A stretch of DNA of 64,000 nucleotides from Octopus vulgaris (Eukaryota), in assembly GCA_951406725.2 (NCBI GenBank), contig OX597828.1, positions 76,446,001-76,510,000 of the forward strand, in the 5' to 3' direction. Position 1 is the stretch's first letter; the number at the start of each line of letters is the position of its first letter. Shown piece by piece: positions 25,091 through 40,351 of the stretch. The notes beneath the pieces were generated by a model. The model was not told the origin of the DNA. It made no database searches and saw nothing but the letters and a program-made list of their open reading frames with translations. The position numbers and the translations under genes are program-made.

Positions 25091-27204
25091 CAATCTTGCA
25101 CTCTACAACGAAAGTGCTTTCCTCATATATCACCCTGAGTTGCAGGCGATCCAATTGGTACCTCGATAGTCCTACTTATAGCTAACTAACGTTTGTTAAA
25201 GTTTGTTGCCTACTCACTGAGTCTAATTGCAGTAAAATATTTCATTTCACTTCTCATTTTTCGAAACTGTTTCTTTTAATATTATCCTCACCGGGATTAA
25301 ACAAATGGATTATCTTTTTCAAGCGATCATGTATAGTTTCCTAAAAGATACTTCTGAATTACTTAGGAATGAGTATTTTCTAACTTATCAGACGCCCCAT
25401 TCTCGATGGATTTAGCTATGTTGTATTTATTAATATAATATACATCACGGTAACATGAGAAACAAAATGGCTTCCAGTGTTTTTGGCGAAGACAAAAAAA
25501 AAACAAAAAACAATTGCATGCGTTTTCTACCACAGAAAACTCATACAAAATCGTTAACTCGCGTTTACTTTACGTAGATACACACACACACAGATGTACA
25601 TTATACACACACACATACACACACACACGCGCGCATACGCACACATATATACACATATATTTACATATACACAGATATATGTATATATATATAGGCATAT
25701 ATACATACATACATACATACATATATACAGACATAGATATCTACATACAGATATACATATACATACATATACATATATATATACATATATATATATATCT
25801 ATATGCACATGCATAACACACTGCTGAATGCTAAATGGCGCCATTTTAGAATATGAGAGAATATGATTACTATCAATCGTTATGTTTAAATAAAACAGCT
25901 ATACAATAGCGTCTATCTGGTCGCTCGATCTACTAGAAATAACAGCCGATGAATATAATTCACATCACAACGACTTAGTAGAAGGCATCTGAGACCCTGT
26001 GCCACAAGGGCTACCCGAACGCCTCGTTCATTTTTCTAAAGTATAATCGAAATGAATACAAAATTCATTTGAATGTTTGAATGTATCGGAATACTTATTA
26101 TTTATGAATTAGATGATACAATATATATTGTCAATAAATAATGAATGCAATAACTTTTCTCTACTTTTTCTCCTCAATTTTAGCGACAAAGCAGCTTCGC
26201 TTAACATTGCAGGTGAAATGCGACAGTAATCGTTCTTTAGCTTCATCTCCAGTACCTCCGTAATTGTTTATCTGATCTCCACTTCGCCAGGAAGTCGAGA
26301 AGATTATGAAATGCTGACATCCTGTCTAAAGTAGGAACTGACATATTAAGCTAAGTCTTTCAAAAAAGATGAGATATATCATTTACAATATCTGAAAAAT
26401 CTAGTTTGAGAAGAACGAAGCCATAATTTAAACAATGTTTTTATTGATTCAAAACTATTCCTGATGTTCTGCAAAGGGTATAATACTTGAGTCTCTTAAA
26501 TGGCCGCAGACGTTGCTAGAAATAGCAGCAATATCTTCAGTTGTTTCGACGGTGAAATAACAGAATCGTCAGAACAATGGCAAAAATATCTGGCATCTTA
26601 TAATTTCAGTCATTTATTTGATCAAATCCCGATGAAAGAAAATCAACTTTTACTTTTCCATTCTCCGGAAACGGTAAAATAATGTACGAGTGCAGTATTG
26701 ATGCCTCTTTATATTCCCATACGATGCCATAAGTGGCAACTTCTGACCAAGTAGTGTCAGAAGCGTCTCGTGAAATACGGCGAGTGTTGGTCATATTAGG
26801 ACCTGGGATGATCCACTTTGTTTTATGTTTGGAGATTAGCGACTACTTTTGGTTAAAATGGCAGAGAGAAAGAAAACAGAGAAAGGAAAAAAAGAGACGA
26901 ATCAACACCAGTACAGCACAAGTATTTATTGACTCGAAAAGAATGAAATACGAAGACGACTTCAGCAGTATTTGAACTCAGAACAGATAGTTCTGGAATG
27001 AATAACGCAAGATTAACTATCCAACGCTGTACAGAATATACGGTGGATTCCGCTGGATTTGAACGGAATTATTATTGAAGACCCAGACAAAATATTCTGA
27101 CAAGGACGGAATATTAAACATTGTGGTTTCTGACATAAAGAAATATAGTCGCGTCTAAAATGTCTTCGATCTTAAATGTTCTCGGAATAAACAAAGGAAT
27201 AGTT

Positions 27205-27400
27205 TCGCATTTTGGCACAAGGCCAGCAATTTTGGGTGAGGGACTACATCGATTACATCGACTGCAGTGCATAACAGGTGCTTATTTGATCGACCGAAAT
27301 AAGAGGAAATGCAAAGTTGACCTCGGATGAAAGACGGACTAAATGTCGCTAAGCATTTTTCGCGGCGTACTAACGCTGCTGACAGCTCGCCACCTTGCGG
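27205..27400 (-). mobile_element. SINE family 1 relative, diverged
   Basis: Reverse complement has ggcgagctgtcagcagcgttagtacgcc...gaggtcaactttgcatttcc..gtcgatcaaataagcacc..gtcgatgtaatcga. Confidence 0.75.
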
Positions 27401-28874
27401 CTGGGGTTAAATAAAATCATAGCAATAACAACAGTATTTACATATATGTTCTTCAAATACGTTTTACTGCTAAAATTCTTACATTCCTTTCTTGTAATTC
27501 TTTTAGTTCTCAAGATTTTATAATTCACAGATTGGAACAATGATTTCTTGCAGATAATAAACAGTCTTCTATGATTCTTTTCTTTATATTTTATTGAATA
27601 TTATTTCGAGAGTAACTTTTCTTCTGTTACAGATATCTCGTTGTATTCTTTTTAATATTTCTTTAATTCCATCACTTGTTCAAATTTTACTCGCCTCTCT
27701 TTTTTAGTTTACATTTCTACCGCCGTGAAATCCTTCTTGTATAGCACAGAACGGTTGTGTAAGTACTAACTTACACGACTAGTATGTGTTACAACTATTT
27801 CTTTCCATAGCGAACATTTACCTTTACTACTCATACAACTTATTCCGCGATGTCGCTATTTATACACACAACTCTAACCTGTTTTTCCCCTCAATCTTAA
27901 ATGGGCGTAAATTTTATTTCTTTCGTCGTCGTTTAAATAATTCTATCCTAGAACGTCTACAGAATTATTGCCAATTCTTACCAAATGTTCATTCTATGTT
28001 TTCATTGTTATTGGTTCCTCGTGTTAATGGCATTGGTCTACGTAGATTTATAACCTCTGTAAATGATGGTCATCTTCGTTTTTCTATCATCTTATTGGTT
28101 ATTTTCTTCTTTAGTTAGTCTTCTTATTTGATTATATTTTTATAACATTTCTTCTCTTCAGTAATCTTATGTTTGGCAATCTTCGCTTTTTATGCTCATG
28201 ATATGTTTGCGTAATATTCCAGACGAAATATATTCCATTAATATTAGTTGCTGATTTTACGTAGCATTCAAGAAATCTTTAAGAAATTCTTGCTACTCGG
28301 AAATTTCCGTTTCTTTCTCTTTTCTCTGACTCTATTTTGTGTTTTACTTCGACAAATCCAACAGCAATGTCTCTGTAGGTGAATCTACCTCAAATCACAA
28401 GCTAATGTTTTCAAAAGAGAAAAAAAAATGAATGAGATATCGGATATTGTTTTCGTAGATATACAAATAGACGGAATGGTCACAATCGGAACGCTCTTAA
28501 TCAAATAACTAGTCGATCAAATCCAAGTGTATTGTGCACACCATTGTTCTATTTTTTTCTCGATATATTGCAGACCAAAGAGGTGTATTTGAACATAGAA
28601 TATTATTGATATCGATGTTGTTGCTGCTGTTGTTGTTTATCCTAGGATTGTCCTCAATGAATTGAAGTCTAATCTTGCGATCGAAAATGTTCCATCCATG
28701 ACTATCCTGTATATTGTGTATCAGCTACATTCCCCAACAACGCGTCGTTCCTTTTTTTTTAAGAGATTCGTGTGTAATTTGGGAGAGAGAAAAAGACAGG
28801 CAGGCAGACAGTGAGAAAATATGTCTGATGTTTCTATTGAACACACTGTAGTCCACTCTAGTGAACACACTGTA

Positions 28875-28917
<43 letters not shown>

Positions 28918-29214
28918 AGGTGGTGTTCGTGCTGCTCAGCATCGCCGTGAAGGAGGCTATGTCATTCCGCATCAGTAGACAGTAATTAAAGTCGGTCCAG
29001 CTGCCATCATCCAATCTCCTTTTAAGATATAGTGCTTTATATCCGCAGATTCTTATTCATGGACAGGCAGCTGTTATTTCTACCGAGTCGAGACAGCTTG
29101 TAAAGACTTCTTCGTAGTATTCCCTTATGTACAAGATTTATACAAAGGCATATCTGTTTCCTAAACATCAGAATATGTCTCGGGGAGAGATGTCCGTAAA
29201 ATTATCATGGTAGT

Positions 29215-32200
29215 TGTTGTGGCGAAATCCATTGACACCCCTGGGAGATTGAAAGAATGAACTAACCGAACTCTTATAAAGAGCAGTGTATTGGTTGTGA
29301 TGAGACGTAGGCAAGAGTCGTTGAATCGGTTCGGGTTAGTTGACCGTGACCTCGCACCGAACCCGTAAGTTGCCGTAATGTTAGTTTTTCCAATTAAGGT
29401 GTGTTAATCCCGTCGCTAGATTGTGGTAGCGATTCGACACCCCTGCTCACAACATGTCGGATGGAGCTGTTCAGTGTTAACCAGCTAGAGGAGATGTCTT
29501 CTTGGGGTTAGAAAATCGCCCATTCAAGCGAAAAATAAAAGTGCTAACAACAGCAGTTACAACAACAACTACTACAACAACAACAACAACAACAGCAATA
29601 CCACCAGTTACTGGAAGTAATGTTGAAGAAGTTTGAAAATACTTCAGGTTCGTTCTCGTCAGACGGCGTAGCAAACTCAATTCGAGAATTTATTTATAAC
29701 CCAGAAGATGGTAGTAGTTTTATTGCATCTTTTAGAAGATACGAAGTAATCTTCTAAGATTGGAATGACGAGAGGAAGGTGCGACTACTTTAAGAAAGTC
29801 ATCTTCTGCCGAACATGAAAATACTGTAATTATATTATGCCTAAGAAACCAGGTGAGACTTGTTTCGATGAAACGATTAATTTGTTATCGAGAATTTTCA
29901 GTGAAAGAAGTTCCCTCTTCAGCAATCGTTAGCAGTGTTTAAATTTAGTTAAAAACGAAGGAAGAGTTCGTCACCTATGCTGGGGTCATTAACAGAGAGT
30001 GATAAAAATTCAAATTAAATAAATTAACCCTGGATTTGTTCAAATATCTTATATCTGTTCAAGGGTTAACTGCAAGAAAAGATGCTGATATACGTTCCCG
30101 TAAATTTACAAATTTTGAACAGGACCTAAAATTAACCCTACTGGCAGTGACTGAAGAATGCCAGAGAATTATAAATTCTTGACGCGGGGAAAATTGGAGA
30201 AAATGATTGCTCTTAGATACATGCAGATAAGAATAAGGAAAAACGATAAGAACCGGATAAGCATAAGGGAAAACGAACGTCAAGACCAAATCCATCCTAT
30301 GAATGCGGAGATTTACATCTTAGAAGTAATTGTCCTTTTCAAAATCGTAAAAGTTTTGAGAGTGGAAAAAAATCGGACATAAAAGATCACATTGTATAGT
30401 GAAACAAATGAAAGGGTCAAAAAGAAAAAAACAAACACCTAGGGAGAATGTATGGTTAATAAAAATTCTAAGCGAGATTTCGAAAAAAAGTTGTGTCCAT
30501 AAAAATGAATAATGGGAAAATCAAGTTACAATTGGATACGGTCAGTGATATCACAATAATACAGATACATGGAGAAAAATAGGGAAACCTAGATTAAAGG
30601 AAACTTTGAAAATCGCGCGAGGTGCTTCAGGAAAAAAAAATGTATTTTATGGGCGAAATGATGCGTGATGTTACGTTTCGTGAAAAACCTTGAAAGTCAA
30701 AGATTTTGTGTTGAAAAATATGACAAATTTATTTGGAATCGACTGAATGGAACTATTTAACTGATGGGGCCTCCTCATAAACATTTTTTTGTAAAAATGT
30801 GAATGGTTCTTCCGCCGGTACAAATAAGGCGACGAAGGATTTAAAATAAAGAATTTTAAAATTTTTGCCTGAATTTTTTTTCTAAGAAATTGGGCTTTGC
30901 ACCAAAACAGAGGCAAAGTTTGAAATGAAAGAAAACGCTCTACCAGTATTTAAACCAAATCAAACGATACCTTTCGCGGCGTTGAAACAAGGCAATGAAG
31001 AATTGGATAGACTTCAAAAGCTGGAGTTTTTGAAAAAAAGATTACACAAAATGGCGTCCGCAACAGTTTATGTGAAGAACAAAATAATAAAAGTCCGAGT
31101 CTGCGCTGATTTTTTATCGGGATTAAACGAATGTTTGATGTCATATAACCACCCGTTACCAAGTCCAGAAGAAAGATTCGCGAAGTTGAATGAAGGAAGA
31201 AATTTTTTCAAGATGGAATTACCTGAAGCATATTTTCAGGTAAAAGTCGATGAGGAATGCTCAAAATTATCGACAATAAACACACATAAAAGGCTGTATA
31301 AATTTAATAAACTCCCCTTTGGTATAAAGGTAGCACCTGGCATTATGTACATTATGCTCGCAGGTTCGGGTTTCGCAGTAGCTTAACTTGACAACATGCA
31401 CATAAAAAGTGAATCTTGGGGTCAGCATGCAGAGTATGATAAAGAGTTCTTCGAAAGAATAAAAGATTATGGGTTAAGCTCAGCGAGGGAATTTTTTATG
31501 CCAAGAATAAAATACCTAGGGCAAATTATTGATGAAAATGGGCGTAGACCAGACCCGTATAGGGCGAGAGCAAAAAAATATACCCCTTATGACAAACATT
31601 ACAACGTTACAAGCATGTTGGGGGCTCGCAAATTATTACCAGGTATACAAACCGAATATGCACGATTTAAGGGTACCCCTGAAGATGTTAACTGAAACTG
31701 GTTGGACAAATGCCAAATAGCCTTTGAACAAATTAAAAAACGTCTTAACGTCGGAATTGTCGTTATCACATTTTGACCCAAATTTACAAATAGTAGTGCC
31801 AGCAGATGCTAGTGAAAATGGTTTTGGGTCTGTGATTTTACAGAAATATGGAGATGGTATCCTGAAAGAAGTAGCACATGCTTTGCGTTCATTATTGCAG
31901 GCTGAAAAAAGTCAAATAGAAAAATAGTTATTAGCCATCATATTCGCGGTCAAAAAATTCCATAAATTCATACACTGATGAAGGTTCCCTCTGCTGACAG
32001 GCCACCGCCCATAATTGTCGAGCTATGGATCAAAAAAGGTTATCTCCACACATGCAGTCAACAGATTGCCGCTTTGCGGAACGATCCTACTGAATTAAAC
32101 TTCAAAATGGAGTATTTGGCATCGAAAAATTGGGACGTGCAAATGGTTTGTCAAATTTAATACCAAAATACAATGAACTACTAGAGGATACAGTGATAGC

Positions 32201-33755
32201 GGCGTTAAATCCGAAAAATTAAAAAATATATATTGTGCAATGCTGTGCGTGAATTGTCTGTGACATTGGAGGAAATAAAAATTAAGGCAGAGACGGACGA
32301 GTTTATCATAAAAAATGAAAGAATAGTGAGATCAGAAGAAACAAATAAAAAATTAAGTGTGGCTGGACGTAACAGTTTCGAATTTGTATTCGATACGTGA
32401 TAATGTACTTATATATTCACAGAGGGTCGCAATGCCTACGTCACTACAAGGTCGAATGTTAAAGGAATTCCAAACTGGACATTCAGGAATTGTTAAGATG
32501 AAGTCCCTTACAAGGAGTTATATTTACTGGCCAAAAATGGATTTGGATATTGAAAAGTTATTAAAATCGAGTAGAGGTTGTGCTCTTGCAGCGAAATCAG
32601 CACCTATAAAATTTCAAACTTCGCTCAAGACCGATATTGGTCCAGACTACACGTAGACTTCGCAGGACCGATAAACCGAGCATATTGGTAGATAGCTTTA
32701 CTAAATGGCCATAAATATGTAAATGTAGAAAACCGACATCCAGGGTTACAGAGGAATTTCTACATAAACGTTTTGCTAAGTAGGGTGTCCCGGATACCAT
32801 AGTCTCTGGTAACGGTACACAATTCACGGCAAATGAATTTGAGAATTTTCGAAAGATGTCCTCAGTTGAACATATCACTCCTCCTCCGTATTACCCAAGA
32901 TAAAACGGACTGGCGGAAAGGTTCGTGGATACATTTAAAAGAGCATTAAAGAAATCAAGAAACGAGCTACTCGATGACGCAGCCAATGTTTGAGGGCTTA
33001 TAGGATAACACCAAGCCCAAACACTTTTTCAAGCGAGTTGCCGGCGGGATTAATGTTTGCTCGAAAGATAAAGTCAGTTTTCGACAAGCTGTTACCAGTA
33101 AGAAAGACAAATATGGAAAACACTAAATATTGGACAAAGCATTTTAATGTCGTTGACAAGGTGTTTTTCAAAATATATAAAACTGGAAGACACGGTTGGG
33201 AAGGCGGAGGAGCAAAACAAGAATAGGCAAAATGATATATGATAAGAGGAGAAAATGGGAACACAAAACACAATTAAACCAGTTAAAAATTAGATATACG
33301 GAAAGAAGAGAAGAGATACTCATAGAAGTGTTGTACGACACTTTTGATGTTCCAATACCACAAGAAACCTAGCTGCAGAAGAAAGAGGAAACGAAGAGAA
33401 CGTTTGGAAATAGTGCCTAAACGGAAGAAACATTAGACTTCTCTAGGAGAAAAATCGCAAAAAGGGAGTTATGATGAGAGGTTAAAAAAATAATAAATAT
33501 AATGATATTATCTTCCAAAGGAAATCAATTTCAAAGGGTAAAATATTATGGTGAGAGCCACTGACACCCCTTGGGGATTGGAAGAATGGACTAGCCGAAG
33601 TCATATAAAGAATAGCGTATTTGTTGAGACGAGAGGTCCGTAGGAGTCGTTGAGGGGGCGTTTTGGAGTCTTGCGAAGTGCGTCGTGCGAACACATTGAT
33701 TTCACTTCCGCTGCGTTAATTTATTTATCCAACGTTTGTCTAGGATATAGACGCA
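29215..33755 (+). mobile_element. Decayed full-length Ty3/Gypsy LTR retrotransposon (K02A2.6/Mag-like)
   Basis: The 5' LTR is 29215-29454 with TGTTGTG...CACAACA termini; a related 3' LTR lies at ~33544-33755. Domain order is gag, PR, RT, RNase H, IN. Confidence 0.9.
29600..33440 (+). pseudogene. gag-pol pseudogene of the Gypsy element
   Basis: Protease KLQLDTVSDITI (~30525); RT VRVCADF...AYFQV...INTHKRLYKFNKLPFGIKVAPGI; RNase H VVPADASENGFGSVI; integrase GHSGIVKMKSLTRSYIYWP, HVDFAG, NGLAERFVDTFK. Many stops and frameshifts. Confidence 0.92.
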
Positions 33756-34170
33756 GTGAAATTAGCTTCCAAGGTATGTCTGTTTACTAATCATCAGAAT
33801 ATGTCTCAGGTTTAGATGTCCATAAAAGTGCTATGAGAATCAAATTAGCTTCAAAGGTATGAGAGTCAAATTAATTTCTAGTCAACAGATTATATCGCAT
33901 GTTTAGATGTCCGTAAAATTGTTATGGTAGTCAAATTAGTTTCCAAAGTATATATGTTTTCTAATCAACTGAATGTTCGAAGGTTTACATTGCTGTAACA
34001 TTTCTATGGTAGTCAAATTAATTTCAAAATATATCTGTTTTCTAATCAACAGATTACACCGCATGTTTAGATGTCCGTAAAATGTTTATGGTAGTCAAGT
34101 TAGCTTGAAAGGAATATCTATTTTGTAACCATCAAAATATGTCTCAGGTTTAGATGTCCATAAAATTCCC
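33756..34170. repeat. ~83-bp minisatellite, about 5 diverged units; one more unit at ~29143-29214 on the other side of the Gypsy
   Basis: Unit aaattagcttccaaggtatRtctgttt.ctaatca.cagaatatgtctcaggtttagatgtccRtaaaattg.tatggtagtc. Confidence 0.85.
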
Positions 34171-34189
34171 AAGGTCTTCCAATTTGTTT

Positions 34190-34375
34190 CACATTTTGAC
34201 ACAATACCAGGAAGAAGAGAGTAAGTTCATTTCATCGATTCAGTGCTCAGTTGACACTTATTGTATCGGATGAAAGGAAACTTTTACCTTGCCGGTACTT
34301 GAACTTAGACTGTATAGTGGGACGAAATGTGGCTGTTTCGCCTGGCGTGATAAAAATTCTGCCAGCTCACCGCCC
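34190..34375 (-). mobile_element. SINE family 1 relative, highly diverged
   Basis: ttctgccagctcaccgcc head (reverse strand) and ggatgaaagg core. Confidence 0.55.
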
Positions 34376-35635
34376 TATGGTGGTTATGTAAGTAATAACG
34401 CAACCACTCGGAGTGCAGTAAGACGGTGCTTCAGTCCAAAGAGAGGGTTTGTTTTAGAATTGGGGGTTTACCAGAATCGGTGCAGTGACAAATAGAATGC
34501 ATTCCAGTTAGATCATATGATTTTTATATTCTGAGTTGAAATTCCAACAACATTTTTGGTTTTCCTTTTATCTTTTGGGGGTCGATAAACCAAATCAGTC
34601 CATTCACAGTTATACGTTGGTTCGGTTGACTTATTTTCATAACGTGATAAATGAGATTTTGGTTACCAAGTCGTAGCATACACCTTGCCCTCTGTTGGGG
34701 GACAAAAAACATGACATGTAAAAAGAACGCTGTGATTCTTGCCGAGAGACATCTAGCTAATTCAGACAATTTTAGAAGAGAGTGACGGAGAAATACAGAG
34801 AAAGAGATTGAGAGAAAGAGAAAGAGAGAGAGAGAGAAACAGAAAAAGAGAACAGTGTCAAAAAAACGAAAGCCAGTAGTCAACAAGTCGGGTTCGTATA
34901 AAACAGCTTATGTCGGAGAGTTTGAAGTCAGAGCGTAAAGATACGAGAGATTACTGCAATATGCTGGCCTGGCTATCAACCGTTTCTATCTCCGAATTAT
35001 GAGAGTAATATAACATACCCTACATAGAATATTTATGGCCAGTTGGCACTGTTAGAACAGCAGAGAAAATTGGCAGACTTCCTTATAAAATGCTTTACGT
35101 AGAACATTTTCATGAACATAAAGAAAATGTTATTTAGTTTCATCCTTTTACTTGCTCGCTTATCATTCTGGATCCATGAAATAAAAAGGAGAAATGGAAT
35201 GTAATAGAAAGTATTGCTTGCACCGTGGCAAAACGCACAGAAAAAGAGAAACTGTATTTTTGTGTCTTTGTAGTAGATTGTTTATTAATATTTGGGTGAT
35301 AATCTGTTGCAGAATAGAGAAAACCTATTTGTGAGACCTGAATGATATTTGGTTACCGGCAGCACATTGAGATGCATTCATTTATTTATGTGTTTGCTTG
35401 TTGAGATCACACGACAGAGAATGTGTGTCATGCAGGAATAGACGACATTTGATACAACAACAGACACATCACTTACCATCGCACGGAACTGTGAATAGGG
35501 GGTACATGTGACAACAACGGAAATAACACAGTAGATCATAGATATCAAGCAGTAACTACCGTATCAGATAACGGATATCACTCAGCAAACGATTTGCCTC
35601 AAAATCATACAACATATCCGATATCAAAAAACTTT

Positions 35636-36115
<480 letters not shown>

Positions 36116-36129
36116 CATCAACAGAAAAT

Positions 36130-36480
36130 GTGTTGTCACTCACCAGCAAAAATATCACAGGGAAGGTGACAACATATTACTGACTGGTAAATCGCATAAC
36201 AACAGACAAATGACATTGCAACAGAGAAATCATATAACAGAAATATCCTATAACAGCAGGCAAATGGCACAGCAGCCAGATCGCATAGCAAGAGGTAGAT
36301 AAGAGCAGAAACACCACAAAACAAAGATTCATAACACCAGTGGAAAATCACGCAACACACATACCGCATAACAAACAGATCACACAGCAGCTGATGAGCA
36401 GCATAACCACGGAAAACTAACGCAAGAGACAACAGACAGATCACCTCACAACAGAGAGATTGCACATCAAACTGAAGAAT
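36130..36480. repeat. Highly degenerate A/C-rich short-period tandem repeat (also ~35400-35620)
   Basis: Recurring atcRcataacaacagaca-like words. Confidence 0.5.
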
Positions 36481-36643
36481 CACTTTACTTTCTCTACAAA
36501 AATATAAAAGACCTGCCACCACGAATGAAAAACAGAAAATAACATCATAAATCTGTATTCTTCGTAATTAAGAAATGATTATTGATTGTGGCACTGTCTG
36601 CATGTTTCACTGGAGTTTTCTTAGACTAATTATATTTGGCAGT

Positions 36644-36716
<73 letters not shown>

Positions 36717-36855
36717 GTATTATTATTATTACTATTATTATTACTATAGATAGATAGATAGATATAGATAAATAGATACATGATACATATATATTCAACT
36801 GTTTACATATACACATATTTTTCACAAATTTTCACAAGATTATATATATATACAT

Positions 36856-36904
<49 letters not shown>

Positions 36905-37758
36905 TGTACGCCCACACTTTTACAAATATACACTGGCGTATAAATATATACATATATATACATATATGCATATATATAGGGACATATTGTTATAAACATA
37001 CACAAGACGATATATACATACATACACACAGATAAGCATATAAGTATATGCATATATGTATACGTATACATATATGTGTACACATATAACAATCATACAC
37101 ATGTTGGTATATATATATATATATACATATACAAATGTACCTTATATATTCATGCATAGGTGTATGTGATTTTCTTTGGCAACCTTGTTACGTCACATCC
37201 GTTTCCTGGTTACCATTGTAACTCTGTGTTGTTTGTTTGTGAGTCTGTCAGGCTGTGTCTATTTAAAGAACAGCTAATTGCTCTGTTATAATTAACTACA
37301 ATTTATTTATTTATTTAATTACATATTTTTCTTACATGTTCCCTATAGCCGACATTTTCATTTTAGCATGTTATGTTGTTGTCATTATTATTTTCATTAT
37401 TGGTATTATCGTTGTTTTTATTGATGTTGTTATTGTCACTCTTATTGTTATTGTCACTATTATAGCTGTTGTTGTTGTTATTGTTGTTGTTGCTGTTGTT
37501 GTTGTTGTTGTTGTTGTTGTTCTGCTTCTTCTTCTTCTTCTTCTTCTTTTTCTTCTTCTTCTTCATACCGGTATTATTCTTATTCTTTTGTTCGTTTTTA
37601 TTCTGGTATTGTTTTGTGATATATTTTATTTTGTTGCCTTACAACGCTTAGGAATCTCCTATTATTATAATTATTATTATTATTATTATTATTATTACTA
37701 GTAGTAGTAGTAGTAGTAGTAGTGGTAGTGGTCGTGGTGGTAGCAGCAGTAGTATTAC

Positions 37759-37825
<67 letters not shown>

Positions 37826-37828
<3 letters not shown>

Positions 37829-38377
37829 TAGTTTTAGTTTTATAGCGTGCTTTCACTTCACTACCGAGCGCAGCTCTGTGTGCCTTTGGGTATGTGCTGT
37901 GATTTGTTGTGATGCTCTGATGGTTATTGTATGGAAAGTGTTCTGCGTAGGATGTGTGCAGTGCCTAGTAGTGCAATTTTCTGTATGTTATATGTGTTCG
38001 TAAGTCCTGGTGTTTTTGTTATGTATTTGTCTTAATTTTTTTTTATCATGCCTATGATAGGAATTGTTTCTGTTTTCAGATTCCACATTCTTGTTACCTC
38101 TATTTCCAGGTCTTTGTATTTTGGGAGTTTCTCCATTTCTTTTAGAGACACGTTGTCATCTGCCGGTATTGATACATCAATTAGAAAGCATTTTTTTCCT
38201 TCATGATCTCTGAGAACTATATCTGGTCTGTTGGCCTTAATTTCTCTATCTGTGTGTATCGGCATATCCCAGAGTATGGTTGCTTTCTCGTTTTTTGTGA
38301 CCTTTTCTGGTGTGTGCCTATACCACCTTTTTTCTGTTGTTATTCCATAATGTTGGCATAGCTTCCAATGTATGTAG

Positions 38378-38379
<2 letters not shown>
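37826..38379 (-). mobile_element. R4/Dong-type (RLE) non-LTR retrotransposon, 5'-truncated copy A
   Basis: YIHWKLCQHYG...ILWDMPIHTDREIKANRPDIV...LIDVSIP...KYKDLEIEV, then after a frameshift IQKIALLGTAHILRRTLSIQ* (stop 37924). About 100-bp 3'UTR; (AAT)n on both sides. Confidence 0.92.
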
Positions 38380-38442
<63 letters not shown>

Positions 38443-38480
38443 CATTATTATCATTATTATTATTATTATTATCATTATTA

Positions 38481-38513
<33 letters not shown>

Positions 38514-38589
38514 CATTATTATTATTATTATTATTATCATTATTATTATCAGGGCATTTCTTCTTCTTCTTCTTCTTCTTCTTCTTCTT

Positions 38590-38677
<88 letters not shown>

Positions 38678-38704
38678 TTATTATTATTAACATTATTATT
38701 ATTA

Positions 38705-38747
<43 letters not shown>

Positions 38748-38775
38748 CATTATTATTATTATTATCATTATTATT

Positions 38776-38810
<35 letters not shown>

Positions 38811-38875
38811 TATCATTACTATTATTATTGTTATTATCATTATTAATATTATCATCATTATTATTATTATTATTA

Positions 38876-38906
<31 letters not shown>

Positions 38907-38911
38907 CATTA

Positions 38912-38942
<31 letters not shown>

Positions 38943-38986
38943 TATTATTATTTTTATTATTATTGTTATTATTATTATTATTATTA

Positions 38987-39039
<53 letters not shown>

Positions 39040-39055
39040 ATTATTATTATTATTA
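38380..39055. repeat. (ATT/ATC)n tract with embedded (CTT)n
   Basis: Direct inspection; it separates Dong copies A and B. Confidence 0.97.
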
Positions 39056-40083
39056 CTTTTTTTTTCTCTTCTTTCAACTTTGCTTCCATTTCTGCCCGAC
39101 TCCTAGGGCAAAGAAACTCATAGTATACATTGGTAGGCCATTAAACCAAACTCAATAGTTCGTTCATTTAAAAAAAAATTTTTTTTAAAGTTAAATTAAA
39201 ATACATGAGCAGCAACAGTTCTCACATCGACAATGCTCTTCTCAATACGTGTGATGTACCAGTTAAGACAATCTTTTGCACTTCTTGCAGGGATGGTAAG
39301 CCAGGGATCATTCTCATATAATTTTCGGTTCCCTTCTTGATCATTCCTAGTGCTCCTACGATCACTGGTATTGTAACCGCCTTGAGATGCAACATTTTCT
39401 CAATTTCAATGAGTAGGTCTTTATATTTTCTGAGCTTGTCAAACTCTTTCGCTGATATATTATGATCACAGGGGATGCTCATGTCGATCAATAAGCAAAC
39501 TTTATTGTTTTGGTCTTTCACAACAATATCTGGTTTATTGGCCTTGATGGTTCGGTCTGTATGTACTGGAAAGTCCCACAGAATGGTTACATTTTCTCCT
39601 TCAGTTACAGCCTCAGGGTGGTGATTATACCACTTGTCGGCAGTTTTGATATTGTAATGCCGACTTATTAGCCAGTGGAGATATTGGCCAACTCTGTCAT
39701 GTCTTAATTTATACTCCACTGGTGCTAAGACTTTACATCCAGAGATTAGGTGGTCCACTGTTTCAATCATATCGTTGCAGAATCGGCATTTTGGGTCTGC
39801 TCCATTTTTCATCACATTGGCCTGGTAGTTCCGGGTTAATAGGGTTTGATCTTGAGCAGCCAGGATGAAACCTTCGCTCTATGCTTTTAGCCCTGAGCTC
39901 CGTAGCCACTGATGGGTTTGCTTCTGGTCAACATCAGCTTGTTTGCTGCGGGTCACATATTTGCCGTGCAGAGGTTTCTCCTCCCACCTATCAGCCAATT
40001 GCTCGTGCGCTTATTTCATTGCCATCATTTTCACCTTCTTTGCAACAATAGTTGCCGTACTTCCCTCGGGTTGTTCAGTTTGG

Positions 40084-40085
<2 letters not shown>
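39056..40085 (-). mobile_element. R4/Dong-type retrotransposon, 5'-truncated copy B (different family from A)
   Basis: EGFILAAQDQ, CRFC...HLISGC zinc finger, RHD, KPDIV...LIDMSIP RLE motif. Two in-frame stops upstream, a distinct 3'UTR and (AAT)n flanks. Confidence 0.93.
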
Positions 40086-40147
<62 letters not shown>

Positions 40148-40205
40148 CATTATTATTATTATTATTTTTATTATCATTGTTATTATTATTATTATTATTA
40201 TTATT

Positions 40206-40351
<146 letters not shown>

